Assembly (NCBI GenBank): GCA_044892525.1
Contig: CM097888.1
Span: forward strand, 1,302,001 to 1,366,000
Source of the DNA: Schmidtea polychroa
Lineage: Eukaryota
DNA length: 64,000 nucleotides
Reading direction: 5' to 3'
Translations under genes and position numbers: made by a program
Shown: in pieces, positions 1-13,982 of the stretch
How positions within the stretch are numbered: position 1 is the stretch's first letter
Layout: each line of letters starts with the position of its first letter
The notes under the pieces: model-generated
What the model saw: only the letters and a program-made list of their open reading frames with translations
Databases searched by the model: none
What the model was told of the DNA's origin: nothing

Positions 1-447
1 GGGGTCAAAACATCCTGTCGGATAAACTCAGAGTATATATAATAAAACTGATCAACAATAAGTATTTATTGAATGTGATTTTTACATTGCAATAATAAGT
101 CAGAAGTTATCATTTAAAAGAAGAATGTTTTGTAAATTAGAATTCATTAGTCTTTCATTGTATTTTAAATTATTTTGAATTCTACGTGGTGATGAATTGA
201 CAATTATTCATTTTTGATGAAAATCAAAATTTTTGTTAAATTTAGACATTTTGAAAAGATTTTTTCTATTGATTGTAATTAAACATATTTTTGAAGACAG
301 ATAAAAAATTAATTTATAAATCATTTGATAAAATACAATAAAGAATACTTAGTTGGTTGTTAGTACATAGTTGTAGGTACTTAGTAGTTGGTTTTATGTA
401 CTTGGTATCTAGTTGTACCTGACAGTTGTTGGTATCCGATTGTTGAA

Positions 448-459
448 TTATTATTATTA

Positions 460-533
<74 letters not shown>

Positions 534-546
534 TTTATTAATATTA
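448..546 (+). repeat. (TTA)n microsatellite running into an assembly gap
   Basis: Near-pure TTA run from about 448 to the start of the N run at 547. Confidence 0.95.
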
Positions 547-1919
547 NNNNNNNNNNNNNNNNNNNNNNNNNNNNNNNNNNNNNNNNNNNNNNNNNNNNNN
601 NNNNNNNNNNNNNNNNNNNNNNNNNNNNNNNNNNNNNNNNNNNNNNNNNNNNNNNNNNNNNNNNNNNNNNNNNNNNNNNNNNNNNNNNNNNNNNNNNNNN
701 NNNNNNNNNNNNNNNNNNNNNNNNNNNNNNNNNNNNNNNNNNNNNNNNNNNNNNNNNNNNNNNNNNNNNNNNNNNNNNNNNNNNNNNNNNNNNNNNNNNN
801 NNNNNNNNNNNNNNNNNNNNNNNNNNNNNNNNNNNNNNNNNNNNNNNNNNNNNNNNNNNNNNNNNNNNNNNNNNNNNNNNNNNNNNNNNNNNNNNNNNNN
901 NNNNNNNNNNNNNNNNNNNNNTGAAATTTGCATCTAAATTTGTCTTTGACAATTATTAATTCATTAAAATTTCTATTTAAAATTAGCTTAAAAAATTATA
1001 CCATAAAAATTTCTATTCAAATATAACTTAAAAAAAATATTTCATAAAAATTTTCAATAAAAATTAAATTAAAAAAATTATTCCATAAAAGTTTCTATTA
1101 AAATTTGACTTTAAAAATTATTTCTTAAAAATTTTATTTTAAATTTTTATTTCTCAGAAGATGTTGGTTATTCCAAATTTTTGTTAATAAATTTTAATTT
1201 TAAAGTTACCAAACTTTTTTAGTGTAAACCGTCTTTTTGTATTGAAAATCCCAGGACTATGGAAACCCCCTCACTATAGTCTGAATAATCCATGCTTTTT
1301 TAGTGTAGACTACCTTTTCTATTGAAATTCTCAGGACCAAGGAGACCCACCCAAATAATACTTATCCTTGGCTTGTTTATTGAAAAAAAATTTTTTGTAT
1401 TTAAAATCCCAGAAAAAAAATCATTGGAGCATGCGGCAACAATTATGTAATCAAAAAAATGTCTGCGGCAAAAATTATGCAATCAAAAGTTGCAACATTT
1501 TTACCCCTCCCCCCCCCCCCCCTATTGTTGCGGGGAGCCCCTAACTACCTACTTTCATTCGAATAAACTTTAAATTTTTTGAATATTCTTTGCTACATAG
1601 AACGCATTTTCATATTTTACATTGATTCATTTGGAAAAATTATTTCTCATTACCTTGTTAAAAAATGTTTAACTGTACTTATATCATTAATTTAATATTG
1701 TTATGTAATGTAATAATTATAATTATTACAGTAGTTATTGTATGAAACCTACAAAAGAATTACGTAATTTAGTTTTTACTTTTTGTTAAATACGATAAGT
1801 TTGTTACTTGTTTAAATAAATTAGTTAATTATTTGCTTTTACAAATTTAAATGTAAGTAATGTTTATTGTTTAGTTAACTTAGATTTGAAATCATTTGAA
1901 ATAGATTCGGTCAAGACTA

Positions 1920-2485
1920 ATGTCACAAATTCGTCAAAATTTTCATGCAGACTGTGAAGCCGGTATCAATAGGCAAATAAATCTCGAACTATATGCTCAC
2001 TATACGTATTTAAGCATGGCTTATTACTTTGATAGAGATGATGTTGCTCTTAAAGGATTTTCGAATTTTTTTCGTAAATCGTCTAATGAAGAAAGAGAAC
2101 ATGCTCAAAAGCTTATGAATTATCAAAATAAGCGAGGTGGTACTATAATTCTCCACAGTGGAGAACCCGGCGAAAACTGATTGGGAAATGGATTGCAATC
2201 AATGGAAGCTGCTTTGGAATTAGAAAAGCAAGTTCAAAACTCGTTATTAGAATTGCATAAAATTGCTTCAAATCATTCCGGTCCCCATTTAACGGATTTC
2301 CTTGAAGGTTGCTAAATGATGTTTAAAATTTATTCTAACTTGTTTCTTTTTTAGAAAATTATTTAGAAGAACAAGTCGAAGCCATTAAAGAATTAGGAGA
2401 TTTCGTTACCATTCTTAAACGAGTTGGTCCAGGATTAGGAGAATTCATTTTTGATAAAGAAACTCTTGGGAAATCTAATAGTTAA
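1920..2485 (+). pseudogene. FTH1: Ferritin heavy-chain-like gene with a compensated frameshift and in-frame TGA (pseudogene or assembly indels)
   Basis: [26 protein letters not shown]...[18 protein letters not shown], then [17 protein letters not shown]...HLTDFLE. A GT-AG intron at 2308-2354 is followed by [38 protein letters not shown] and TAA at 2483-2485. TGA lies at 2178-2180; the expected VENPAKTDW is in another frame (2158-2184). Confidence 0.9.
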
Positions 2486-4482
2486 AATTTTCTTAGTGTT
2501 TTCTATTTATTTGGATTTAAAAATGATTTTTTTTGCATTTGAATATTTGTTAGAATCATTTTTCTAGCTGTCGTGATGTAAATAGATATGGCTAATTTTG
2601 CCTACTTAGTAATTTGTCAGTAGATTGAATCTCTTTTATTTTTATGTGAAATTTATTCAAATCTTTCTGATCAAAATTAAATTTGTAGTTTAAATATTGA
2701 TAATTGTTTTGGCTAATTTGAATTGTAATTGGGAACTTTTTACTTGTTATCCTCCGTTTGCACATCTGAGGAGATCTAGAGGATTTATGACGGAGCTCTG
2801 GATCTGGGTGGAAGCACTCTTTTACTGCTGAGAATTGGAACCATACAAGTTAGAGGCTTGATCAATATTAATTAATTTGATTCTGGTCATTCAATAAGAT
2901 CAATAGTGATCAAATATACCATCAAACGAAATATGGAGGCTTATGACAAAGAAAATGTGAATAAAATACTTGCTCCCGGGGTGGAAGGTTATGCTAGCTT
3001 CCTCACTGAACTGCAAAAGATATTATTTAGTACCTAAATTTCTCATTAAATGATTCATTCCCCAACTATTCTCAGTTATTGCACACTTTTGTGCTTATCG
3101 TGCTCAGCTAGCACTATGTTGTCACTCATCATCTATTCTATCTTTGACATATTTTCAAAATCTTACTCCAATTATTTATTAATTATCAATTTCCTGTTTC
3201 TATGCCCCTTGTTCATAAATCCATTCCCAGTATTTTGTTCCTTGCCCTGACTGGAGCGTTTTTGAGAAAATAGAAAAATTGTACTGTTTGAATACATTCT
3301 GTTATACATATTTATTTGAGCATTTATAATGACAGTTAAGTGGTTGGAGACTTATATTTGCGTTTCTTGCTCTGTTTTGCCTTTTCTGCAAAAGTCTTTT
3401 TCCATATTTTTAAATTTTACGATATTGTTTTTTGTTTTATTGAAAAAGACAATCATCGGATGATTAGAAACATCGTTCAAAATATCTTTCAATGTAGTTT
3501 TCTTTAGGATTGAATCAACTATAAGGAATATCTGCAAATTCAAATATGGCAAATAACACAAATATCTACCCAAATTTATATGTGCCACAGAGTTCCAGTA
3601 CGCTTATAAATAATTTCCAAACCCTTCAGAATCCCGAAAACAGCTCAATGCGAACAAATATTTATCAAATAAATAATGTAAAAAGCAAATACAAAAAGAA
3701 TAGTATGATTTAATTATTGCAAAACATGTTAATGCTGTTCAAATAACCCTAACCAGGAGTTGACAGCCCTCAAATTATTAGAATTCAACCCAATATGCAC
3801 AACAATGGGATGTCAAATAATTTTATTATGGTAACCGTATTCTATAATCAATCCAATAACGAACAAAACAATAAGTGCAAAACACCACAATGTTGTTTAA
3901 AATAGCCAATCAGAGGTTGTCAGAACGCAAATTATTAGAATTGATCCAAATATGCGAGCCAATGGGATGCTGAAAAATCCTATTACGGTATATTTTATCA
4001 TTTTTAAATCGAAATAATTTAATTTTCTTTTGTTGACTTTGTTTATTCTTTTTAAAATTTGAACATTTTTAAAGTGACCTTTATTCATATTTTTTTCCAC
4101 ACAATCAATCAAAATTTTGGTTTAGATGCCACACGAAATTTTAGTGCTGCCATTTCAAATTTTTGAAAAAATAAGCTAAATTTTGATTCATTGATTGTCT
4201 AAAAATAAATTTAGGAAATAAAAAAAAACAGTCCAACGGTGACAAATATAAAATATTTTACTGAAAATAGATATTTTTCACAATAATTAATAATTTTTAC
4301 CCATCATATAGAATATAATTGGAAATCATCCTACCCAACAAATGCCTCATTCAGTAAATATGGGAAATAGTAACTCTATCGTGATTGAAAGGTAAATTAA
4401 TATAAAACTATAATAATATTAACTGAAATGTCGGAACCGATAAGAATTACTGCTCCAAATGAAGCACCAACAATCCTGTGCA

Positions 4483-5758
4483 CAGGCCCGGTTTTAGGCA
4501 TAGGCGACGTCGGCAGCAGCCTAGGGCGCCGATTTACAAGCGGGCGCCAAATAGTTCTGCTTTTTTTATCAAGTAAATTAAATATTTTATAAACTTTCTA
4601 TCTTTATATTGATNNNNNNNNNNNNNNNNNNNNNNNNNNNNNNNNNNNNNNNNNNNNNNNNNNNNNNNNNNNNNNNNNNNNNNNNNNNNNNNNNNNNNNN
4701 NNNNNNNNNNNNNNNNNNNNNNNNNNNNNNNNNNNNNNNNNNTTCCATCGTTGTTTTAGTCCGATACCGATTACTTATTTCTTTTAAAATTTAAAAAAAT
4801 ACAACGGAAAATCGATTTAAAAAAATATTTTGCAAGTTCAAAAAAGTTAACTGAAAAGCGGTTTTAAAAAAAATTTAGCATATAGCATGCTCTGAAATTT
4901 TTTTAAATTACGCAATAATTTTTAGTTTTATTTTAAAAGAATAAAGTCACATGCAGTAAAGTTTTAAAAGACTAAAGTAAATGTTAAAAAAGTTAAAAAA
5001 TAAATAAACAGAAAGTGAAAAAAAAATAAAATTTAATTAGTGCAGGGCTCAAATTTTTTTTATTTAAAGTATATATAATTTCGGTCGTACTTCCAGTATA
5101 ATTTTTACATATATACAACACAGTAATTTAATTTATATTGGATTTTTCTACACCTATTATTAAATCTATTATATTCTATTAATTTTTACTTGAGGTAGCA
5201 TAATGGCAGATAGAAAAAAATTTTTTACGGCACGATGATTCTAAAGATATTGATGGTACAGATTTATTGAACGAATTGATATTTATAGCTAGACATATTC
5301 CAAAAAACTTATTGCCGGAAGATGTACTTAATTATATTTGTAAAAATAATATAGTGGACAGCGTTCCAAATATATTTGTTGCTTTGCGAATTTTATTAAC
5401 CCTACCAGTTTCTGTGGCAAGCGGTGAACGAAGCTTTTCGAAGCTTAAACAGATCAAAACATATATAAGATCTACAATGTCACAAGAACGGCTTGTGGGA
5501 TTAGCAATATTGTCGATTGAACACGAAATGGCGCGTGATATAGATACGAAGTTGCTGCTTGAAGATTTCGCTAAACTAAAAGCACGAAAAATTAAATTTT
5601 AAATGGTTTTTGTTTTTATATATATTTTTGTGTAATAAATAAATGAAGTATAGTTATTTTATTTTCATTTACTTCTTTAATTATTGGGTTTGTTTCTAGA
5701 CTAGAGGCGCCATTTTTTTAGTTTGCCTAGGGCGCCAAATACTCTAGCGTCGGGCCTG
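4483..5758 (+). mobile_element. Non-autonomous or internally deleted hAT DNA transposon
   Basis: Termini CAGGCCCG (4483-4490) and CGGGCCTG (5751-5758), with a perfect 8-bp TSD CCTGTGCA (4475-4482 and 5759-5766). Contains a hAT C-terminal ORF and an internal N gap. Confidence 0.92.
5267..5602 (+). pseudogene. hAT transposase C-terminal dimerisation domain fragment (ZMYM1-like)
   Basis: PNIFVALRILLTLPVSVASGERSFSKLKQIKTYIRSTMSQERLVGLAILSIE matches the hATC motif (P.S.A..ERSFS.LK.IK..LRS.M.QERL..LA.LSIE). Confidence 0.9.
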
Positions 5759-6639
5759 CCTGTGCAGCAGGAAGTTCCGATAAACCAATCACTCATAACC
5801 ATAAAAGAATTTGAAATGGAAATAAATGTCTTGAAAACAAAATATTTCAGATTGTTTCAATGGGCCGTTGATAATCCATCACTTTTAAGTGATTTGTAGA
5901 GAAGCCAAAGGTCTATTATCATTAAAATGTTCAATGATCCAAAAAGGTGGAGAGGAATATTTCGTTCCATTAAATTGATAAAATTAAAAAAGGTTTGTCC
6001 CTAAATTATACTGGAATTCTAATGAACTCTTAAAACCTTGCCATTAGTTATGCGTTCTTGCCGGAAAACAATATATCTTTTGGTAAAAGAAAAATAGTAG
6101 ACCGAAATAAAACTGTCTTTGACTCAAACTTTGATCCAAACATTGCACACTTCAATTCACAGAAAGAAGAAACATTTGAAGAGATGTTTGATAAAGCTAT
6201 CATTGAAACTAGTAACATCAGATTAAAGAATTTGCAATCCATGAAAAATATGCTGATCCAAGCTGTACGTTTTCATTCCAGTATTTATATAAAAATATAT
6301 TTCTTTTAGACATCAAATGAGCTATCGAGACCTTTTTCACGAACTTATTTCACGGTTAGATTTTATTTGTTCTATTTCATATTCTACAAATATCTTTGTA
6401 CAAATAGTTTGATATTTAATGGATAAAATATGTTGAATCTCTTTTGGATATATTCATGATTTTATCATGAAGGGGACAGAAAATAATTATTTAAATGATA
6501 CTTTTGTTTCTTTATCTTCCCTAAACTGAACCTCTAATAAAAAGTAAGAGAATTAAGAAATGATTTAATTATGAGCCGAATAGGGTCAGGGAATTTAGCC
6601 CTTAACGCCTAGGACTGTAATTGGGAATATTTAGGGATT

Positions 6640-7291
6640 ACTTACATGACGACAAATGCCTTATTCAATAACTCAGGGGTCCGTGGATCTTCTTTGGGGA
6701 ATTCATCGGAACCAATGGGAGTTTGCCGCTTAACAATTGATTGACTGATAATGTTATCAGGAACTGAGCGCGTACCTTCAATGTAGAATTCATAAAATAA
6801 AACATTTTATAATTATTATTATTGACTTACGTCTTCAATTTTCGCTATATGTTTCATTGTTATTGCTAGCGTACATGGTTTAGAAGTGTCTTAGACGTCG
6901 AGTAGAAATCTTTGGGATTTGCAATTGCCAATTTGATATATATTTGAAATATTTTGCACTCAATTCAGATACTCTTTGTTTTAATTTCATTTGTTCTTCT
7001 ATCGATATATTGGGTTTGACATTTGTTGATTGTGATGCTGCATTTCCAGTGGTGATAGTGCTATTAGTCATGGGCTGTGACTTAGTTGGATTGTCAGACC
7101 TCACTGTTGCAGACGTCGTTGATGCAAGGTTTCGGGTAGAAATTGGTTTCGCTTCTTGAACAAAAGACTGTTGAGGTATTTGGTTGTTTATATGAATGGG
7201 TACATACTGCGGCTCTAACAACTTTATGATTTATCGTAATTGGATATGATTGAACATTTGCTGATCCTAGGACAATATCAAAAAAGATCAT
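6640..7291 (-). pseudogene. Degraded multi-exon gene fragment, S/T/Q/N-rich, unidentified
   Basis: A 113-aa open stretch (6880-7221) is followed on the minus strand by GTAAGT donor-like sites. The frames are disrupted and no family was recognised. Confidence 0.3.
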
Positions 7292-7631
7292 TTTAAGTTA
7301 CCTAAAATGATTTTAAGACACTTTTGAGATTAATATTTAGTGAAAATAGCACTCATGAATTACTTTAGTACATTACCTTAGTATAAAACTAAATCCCATT
7401 TCCAATTTATAGTAAAAAAAATAATAAAACACTATTAGAATAATACCTCCAGTTTCCAATCTTTCAACTGTTTAGTTTTAAATCCATTAGAAATATTAGT
7501 TCAGAAGAATAAAAAAAAAAAAAAAAAAAAACAAAAATCCAATTGAGTAGTTATCAAAATGATAAACGGATTGTTATTAATATTATGAGTTAATTGGTAA
7601 AGAAAGCGATACAGGTGTCATCAAAAGTAAG

Positions 7632-7700
7632 AGTTTCATCGATTTACCCGACCAAATCAAAGCTTATAAATGTTAAGTAATAACGAAAACTTGCAGTAGA
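7632..7700 (+). pseudogene. Possible tiny relic of a Polinton pPolB N-terminal region
   Basis: Reads SFIDLPDQIKA-INVK-NNEN with two frameshifts, resembling SYIPTPSALNSKKAIVNVKNTDD of the intact pPolB in this window. Confidence 0.3.
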
Positions 7701-7809
7701 AATTATTTTAGGATCAACGGTTATAAACACATTTATAATATATATATATATAATATATATACGATGTTACTAATAAGAAAAAACGAACCTAATGTCACTT
7801 CAGCAGCAG

Positions 7810-7970
7810 AAAAACATATGTTACAAGAGGTAGGAACTAACAACAGAAGATGTTCATCTTATTATAAAATGTTACCCGAACAACATAACAGGAAATATGC
7901 AATGTCCAAGGCTCTTCAAACTCGATGGCAATATGTGCAGTGCGATAAATTTTGTATTCAATGCTTTAGA
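7810..7970 (+). pseudogene. piggyBac-like transposase C-terminal cysteine-rich domain remnant
   Basis: KHMLQE...RRCSSYYKML...KYAMSKA..TRWQYVQCDKFCIQCF resembles the piggyBac CRD layout. Both missing Cys positions are TAT, one transition from TGT. Confidence 0.55.
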
Positions 7971-8027
7971 TTGTACATACTTATACTTTGTAAATATTTT
8001 TCATCTATTTAGTTTAGGCTAGTATTT

Positions 8028-9775
8028 AATTGAGCATTAATAATATATTGAATGAGCATTAATAATATATTGAATGAGCATTAATAATATATTGAATGAA
8101 CATTAATAACATATTGATTGAGCATTAATAATATATTGAATGAGCATTAATAATATATTGAATGAACATTAATAATATTTTGATTGAGCATTAATAACAT
8201 ATTGATTGAGCATTAATAATATATTGATTGAGCATTAATAATATATTTAATGAACATTAATAATATATTGATTAAGCATTAATAATATATTGATTGATCA
8301 TTAATAATATGTTGAATGAGCATTAATAATATATTGAATGAGCATTAATAACATATTGATTGAGCATTAATAATATATTGATTGAGCATTAATAATATAT
8401 TGATTGAGCATTAATAATATATTGATTGAGCATTAATAACATATTGATTGAGCATTAATAACATATTGATTGAGCATTAATAATATGTTGAATGAGCATT
8501 AATAATATGTTGAATGAGCATTAATAATATATTGAATGAGCATTAATAATATTTTGATTGAGCATTAATAACATATTGATTGAGCATTAATAATATATTG
8601 ATTGAGCATTAATAATATATTGAATGAACATTATTAATATATTGATTGAGCATTAATAATATATTGAATGAGCATTAATAACATATTGAATGAGCATTAA
8701 TAATATATTGAATGAGCATTAATAACATATTGATTGAGCATTAATAACATATTGATTGAGCATTGATAATATATTGATTGAGCATTAATAATATATTTAA
8801 TGAACATTAATAATATATTGATTGAGCATTAATAATATATTGATTGAGCATTAATAATATGTTGAATGAGCATTAATAATATATTGATTGAGCATTAATA
8901 ATATATTGATTGAGCATTAATAATATATTGATTGAGCATTAATAATATATTGATTGAGCATTAATAACATATTGATTGAGCATTAATAACATATTGATTG
9001 AGCATTAATAATATGTTGAATGAGCATTAATAATATGTTGAATGAGCATTAATAATATATTGAATGAGCATTAATAATATTTTGATTGAGCATTAATAAC
9101 ATATTGATTGAGCATTAATAATATATTGATTGAGCATTAATAATATATTGAATGAACATTATTAATATATTGATTGAGCATTAATAATATATTGAATGAG
9201 CATTAATAACATATTGAATGAGCATTAATAATATATTGAATGAGCATTAATAACATATTGATTGAGCATTAATAACATATTGATTGAGCATTAATAATAT
9301 GTTGAATGAGCATTAATAATATGTTGAATGAGCATTAATAATATATTGAATGAGCATTAATAATATTTTGATTGAGCATTAATAACATATTGATTGAGCA
9401 TTAATAATATATTGATTGAGCATTAATAATATATTGAATGAACATTATTAATATATTGATTGAGCATTAATAATATATTGAATGAGCATTAATAACATAT
9501 TGAATGAGCATTAATAATATATTGAATGAGCATTAATAACATATTGATTGAGCATTAATAACATATTGATTGAGCATTGATAATATATTGATTGAGCATT
9601 AATAATATGTTGAATGAGCATTAATAATATATTGAATGAGCATTAATAATATATTGAATGAGCATTAATAACATATTGATTGAGCATTAATAACATATTG
9701 ATTGAGCATTAATAACATATTGATTGAGCATTAATAATATATTGAATGAGCATTAATAATATATTGAATGAGCAT
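8028..9775 (+). repeat. 22-bp minisatellite, about 79 copies
   Basis: Head-to-tail unit TGAGCATTAATAATATATTGA(A/T) with a few recurring variants (AAC for AAT, GTTG for ATTG). Confidence 0.97.
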
Positions 9776-12700
9776 AATTAAATTATAATTTACTTTAAAA
9801 TCTAAGTAAAAATTTCAACTGTCGCACTTCGTAACAAACATTCAATGAACAATTTTTTTTTACTGTTTTGTCTTACTGTTTTTGGCATATGTATTATATA
9901 TCTACGGAATATATATCTACGAATCCGTCCAAACAAAACAAATAACCAAGAATATAAAAACGAGAATATATAAACAACTAATTTCTAAATGGAAGCGGCT
10001 TCCATATTTAATTTATTTTGTTCTCAGTAAAAGTTGACACCGTTCCCACACGAAGTTTGATAATCTGTTGTGCTTGTCTCGCATCGTGAATTTTGATATC
10101 GAGAATGATCCCTTAATCTTTGACCCGAGACTTCTCGATTAATTCGAATCTTTGGTTCTCGTTGCGGATTCGGATGCTGTCAATGTTGAGCAGGTTGCTG
10201 AAATATGATGACGGCAGGCCTGACATTTGGGCATGCGCTGACACGTGGCTATTGATTGAGCTGGGCGGCGAGGGTAGCTGGGGCAGCTCCACCGCCTCTT
10301 CGTCCCCATCCTCATCGCCACAGTAAACCTTTGGTGAAACAAATGAATTCACTGGCTGATAATCCAATGGCAGGCTTGACAGCTTCATGTCAAGGAAATG
10401 CAACTTAAAAGACCACAGATAACGCCCAAGGTCATCCTAATGTGTCGATACGAGGAAGGAGTCATTCGGTGCCATTTCCAGCTGGGTGACAACCCGACGG
10501 GTCCTGAAGCAGTCGACCAATCTATTGTTGATATAATCGAATGTCTTAACAAGATTGCCATCAGCAATCATAATGAGATCAAATTCATAGCTAAATGCGA
10601 TAGCATTGACCGGATTGGCATTGAATGAAGCCCGGATCTGCTGGAATAGAATGAATCGAGTGATTGGCCATGATATTCTGGAAATGTGCAACATCTTCAC
10701 CACGAAGCACTTTAGTATGGCTTCCTGGATACATTGCATTCTGTGTTAGGGAATCAGAGGTAATGCCATGAGTACATGCCAAATACATCTGGCACACCTC
10801 GATATTATTGGTCCGTTTCATCTGATTGTCCAGCAGCTTCTGGGAGGCCCGCAACGGTTGATATCGGGTCTCATGGTATATCGGGTCAAGCATTTGGATC
10901 TCATAATCGATAGCGCTCGGTGAGATGGTCTTAATGAGTTGCAGGCATGACATTTGGGCATGCGCTGACACGTGGCTATTGATTGAGCTGGGCAGCGAGG
11001 GTAGCTGGGGCAGCTCCACCGCCTCTTCGTCCCCATCCTCATCGCCACAGTAAACCTTTGGTGAAACCAATGAATTCACTGGCTGATAATCCAATGGCAG
11101 GCTTGACAGCTTCATGTCAAGGAAATGCAACTTAAAAGACCACAGATAACGCCCAAGGTCATTCTGATGTGTCGATACGAGGAAGGAGTCATTCGGTGCC
11201 ATTTCCAGCTGGGTGACAACCCGACGGGTCCTGAAGCAGTCGACCAATCTATTGTTGATATAATCGAATGTCTTAACAAGATTGCCATCAGCAATCATAA
11301 TGAGATCAAATTCATAGCTAAATGCGATAGCATTGACCGGATTGGCATTGAATGAAGCCCGGATCTGCTGGAATAGAATGAATCGAGTGATTGGCCATGA
11401 TATTCTGGAAATGTGCAACATCTTCACCACGAAGCACTTTAGTATGGCTTCCTGGATACATTGCATTCTGTGTTAGGGAATCAGAGGTAATGCCATGAGT
11501 ACATGCCAAATACATCTGGCACACCTCGATATTATTGGTCCGTTTCATCTGATTGTCCAGCAGCTTCTGGGAGGCCCGCAACGGTTGATATCGGGTCTCA
11601 TGGTATATCGGGTCAAGCATTTGGATCTCATAATCGATAGCGCTCGGTGAGATGGTCTTAATGAGTTGCAGGCATGACATTTGGGCATGCGCTGACACGT
11701 GGCTATTGATTGAGCTGGGCAGCGAGGTTAGCTCCACCGCCTCTTCGTCCCCATCCTCATCGCCACAGTAAACCTGTGGTGAATCCAATGAATTCACTGG
11801 CTGATAATCCTATGGCAGGCCTGACAGCTTCATGTCAAGGAAATGCAGCATTAAGGACCACAGATAAAGCCCAAGGTCATTCTGATGTGTCGATACGAGG
11901 AAGGAGTCATTCGGTGCCATTTCCAGCTGGGTGACAACCCGACGGGTCCTGAAGCAGTCGACCAATCTATTGTTGATATAATCGAATGTCTTAACAAGAT
12001 TGCCATCAGCAATCATAATGAGATCAAATTCATAGCTAAATGCGATAGCATTGACCGGATTGGCATTGAATGAAGCCCGGATCTGCTGGAATAGAATGAA
12101 TCGAGTGATTGGCCATGATATTCTGGAAATGTGCAACATCTTCACCACGAAGCACTTTAGTATGGCTTCCTGGATACATTGCATTCTGTGTTAGGGAATC
12201 AGAGGTAATGCCATGAGTACATGCCAAATACATCTGGCACACCTCGATATTATTGGTCCGTTTCATCTGATTGTCCAGCAGCTTCTGGGAGGCCCGCAAC
12301 GGTTGATATCGGGTCTCATGGTATATCGGGTCAAGCATTTGGATCTCATAATCGATAGCGCTCGGTGAGATGGTCTTAATGAGTTGCAGGCATGACATTT
12401 GGGCATGCGCTGACACGTGGCTATTGATTGAGCTGGGCAGCGAGGTTAGCTCCACCGCCTCTTCGTCCCCATCCTCATCGCCACAGTAAACCTGTGGTGA
12501 ATCCAATGAATTCACTGGCTGATAATCCTATGGCAGGCCTGACAGCTTCATGTCAAGGAAATGCAGCATTAAGGACCACAGATAAAGCCCAAGGTCATTC
12601 TGATGTGTCGATACGAGGAAGGAGTCATTCGGTGCCATTTCCAGCTGGGTGACAACCCGACGGGTCCTGAAGCAGTCGACCAATCTATTGTTGATATAAT

Positions 12701-13982
12701 CGAATGTCTTAACAAGATTGCCATCAGCAATCATAATGAGATCAAATTCATAGCTAAATGCGATAGCATTGACCGGATTGGCATTGAATGAAGCCCGGAT
12801 CTGCTGGAATAGAATGAATCGAGTGATTGGCCATGATATTCTGGAAATGTGCAACATCTTCACCACGAAGCACTTTAGTATGGCTTCCTGGATACATTGC
12901 ATTCTGTGTTAGGGAATCAGAGGTAATGCCATGAGTACATGCCAAATACATCTGGCACACCTCGATATTATTGGTCCGTTTCATCTGATTGTCCAGCAGC
13001 TTCTGGGAGGCCCGCAACGGTTGATATCGGGTCTCATGGTATATCGGGTCAAGCATTTGGATCTCATAATCGATAGCGCTCGGTGAGATGGTCTTAATGA
13101 GTTGCATGCATTTGTCATAATCACTATCCGAGCTCGCGTTGACCAACATCTCACACAAATTGTTTGCGGCAATAACCTGGCTGCTTGCAAGTTCCGCGCG
13201 CTTCCTATTGGTCTTTGTTGCTTTCATGCATTCCAATTGCTGCTTGGTGTCCTCTGAAGCATCTGCTGATTCAGATGCTGTCAATGTTGAGCAGGTTGCT
13301 GAAATATGATGACGGCAGGCCTGACATTTGGGCATGCGCTGACACGTGGCTATTGATTGAGCTGGGCGGCGAGGGTAGCTCCACCGCCTCTTCGTCCCCA
13401 TCCTCATCGCCACAGTAAACCTTTGGTGAATCCAATGAATTCACTGGCTGATAATCCTATGGCAGGCCTGACAGCTTCATGTCAAGAAAATGCAGCTTTA
13501 AGGACCACAGATAAAGCCCAAGGTCACCTTTGCATACAGGGAATCAGAGGTAATGCCATGAGTATTGATATTCTGAAAATGTATAACATCTTCACCACCA
13601 AGCACCTTTGCATTGCTTCCTGGATACATTGCATTATCTGCTGAGGAATCAGAGGTATTTAAACAAATTACTTCGAATTTGTTTTTTTTTTAATTTTTTT
13701 GTTTTTTATTTCTAGATTTTTTGTTTTTAGATTTATTTATTAAATCATTAAATAACCAATTAACATGCTTTTTTCAAAAATTGTTAAATTTTTCACGTTT
13801 TTATTTTTTTATTTAAAATCGTATTTTTTAATAAAAATTTCATTACTTTTAAATAATTCTATCAAGGGTGTTTTTTAAAATTAAAAGGTTTTCTTTAGAA
13901 TTAAAATTAGAATAACGATAACATTAAAAACAAATTTATAAATTTTTGCAAGCAACAAAATAAAGCACAGTAAAAAAAATGT

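Noticed and set aside
314-952. Long ORFs at 314-952, 388-924 and 544-933 (also 4609-4794, 40967-41356 and 49237-49590)
   Set aside because: They are open only because they cross N gaps and (TTA)n runs.
1780-1919. Iron-responsive element upstream of ferritin
   Set aside because: No CAGUGN-loop hairpin was found in this interval.
2178-2180. TGA as selenocysteine or read-through in ferritin
   Set aside because: The residues before the TGA are out of frame relative to ferritin homology; a compensated frameshift explains it.
2740-4400. Fragmentary coding-like sequence with an internal duplication of about 160 bp
   Set aside because: Stops and frameshifts occur in all frames and no family was recognised.
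8028-9775. CRISPR array (also considered for the 66-bp repeats)
   Set aside because: The units are head-to-tail with no unique spacers, there are no cas genes, and the context is eukaryotic.
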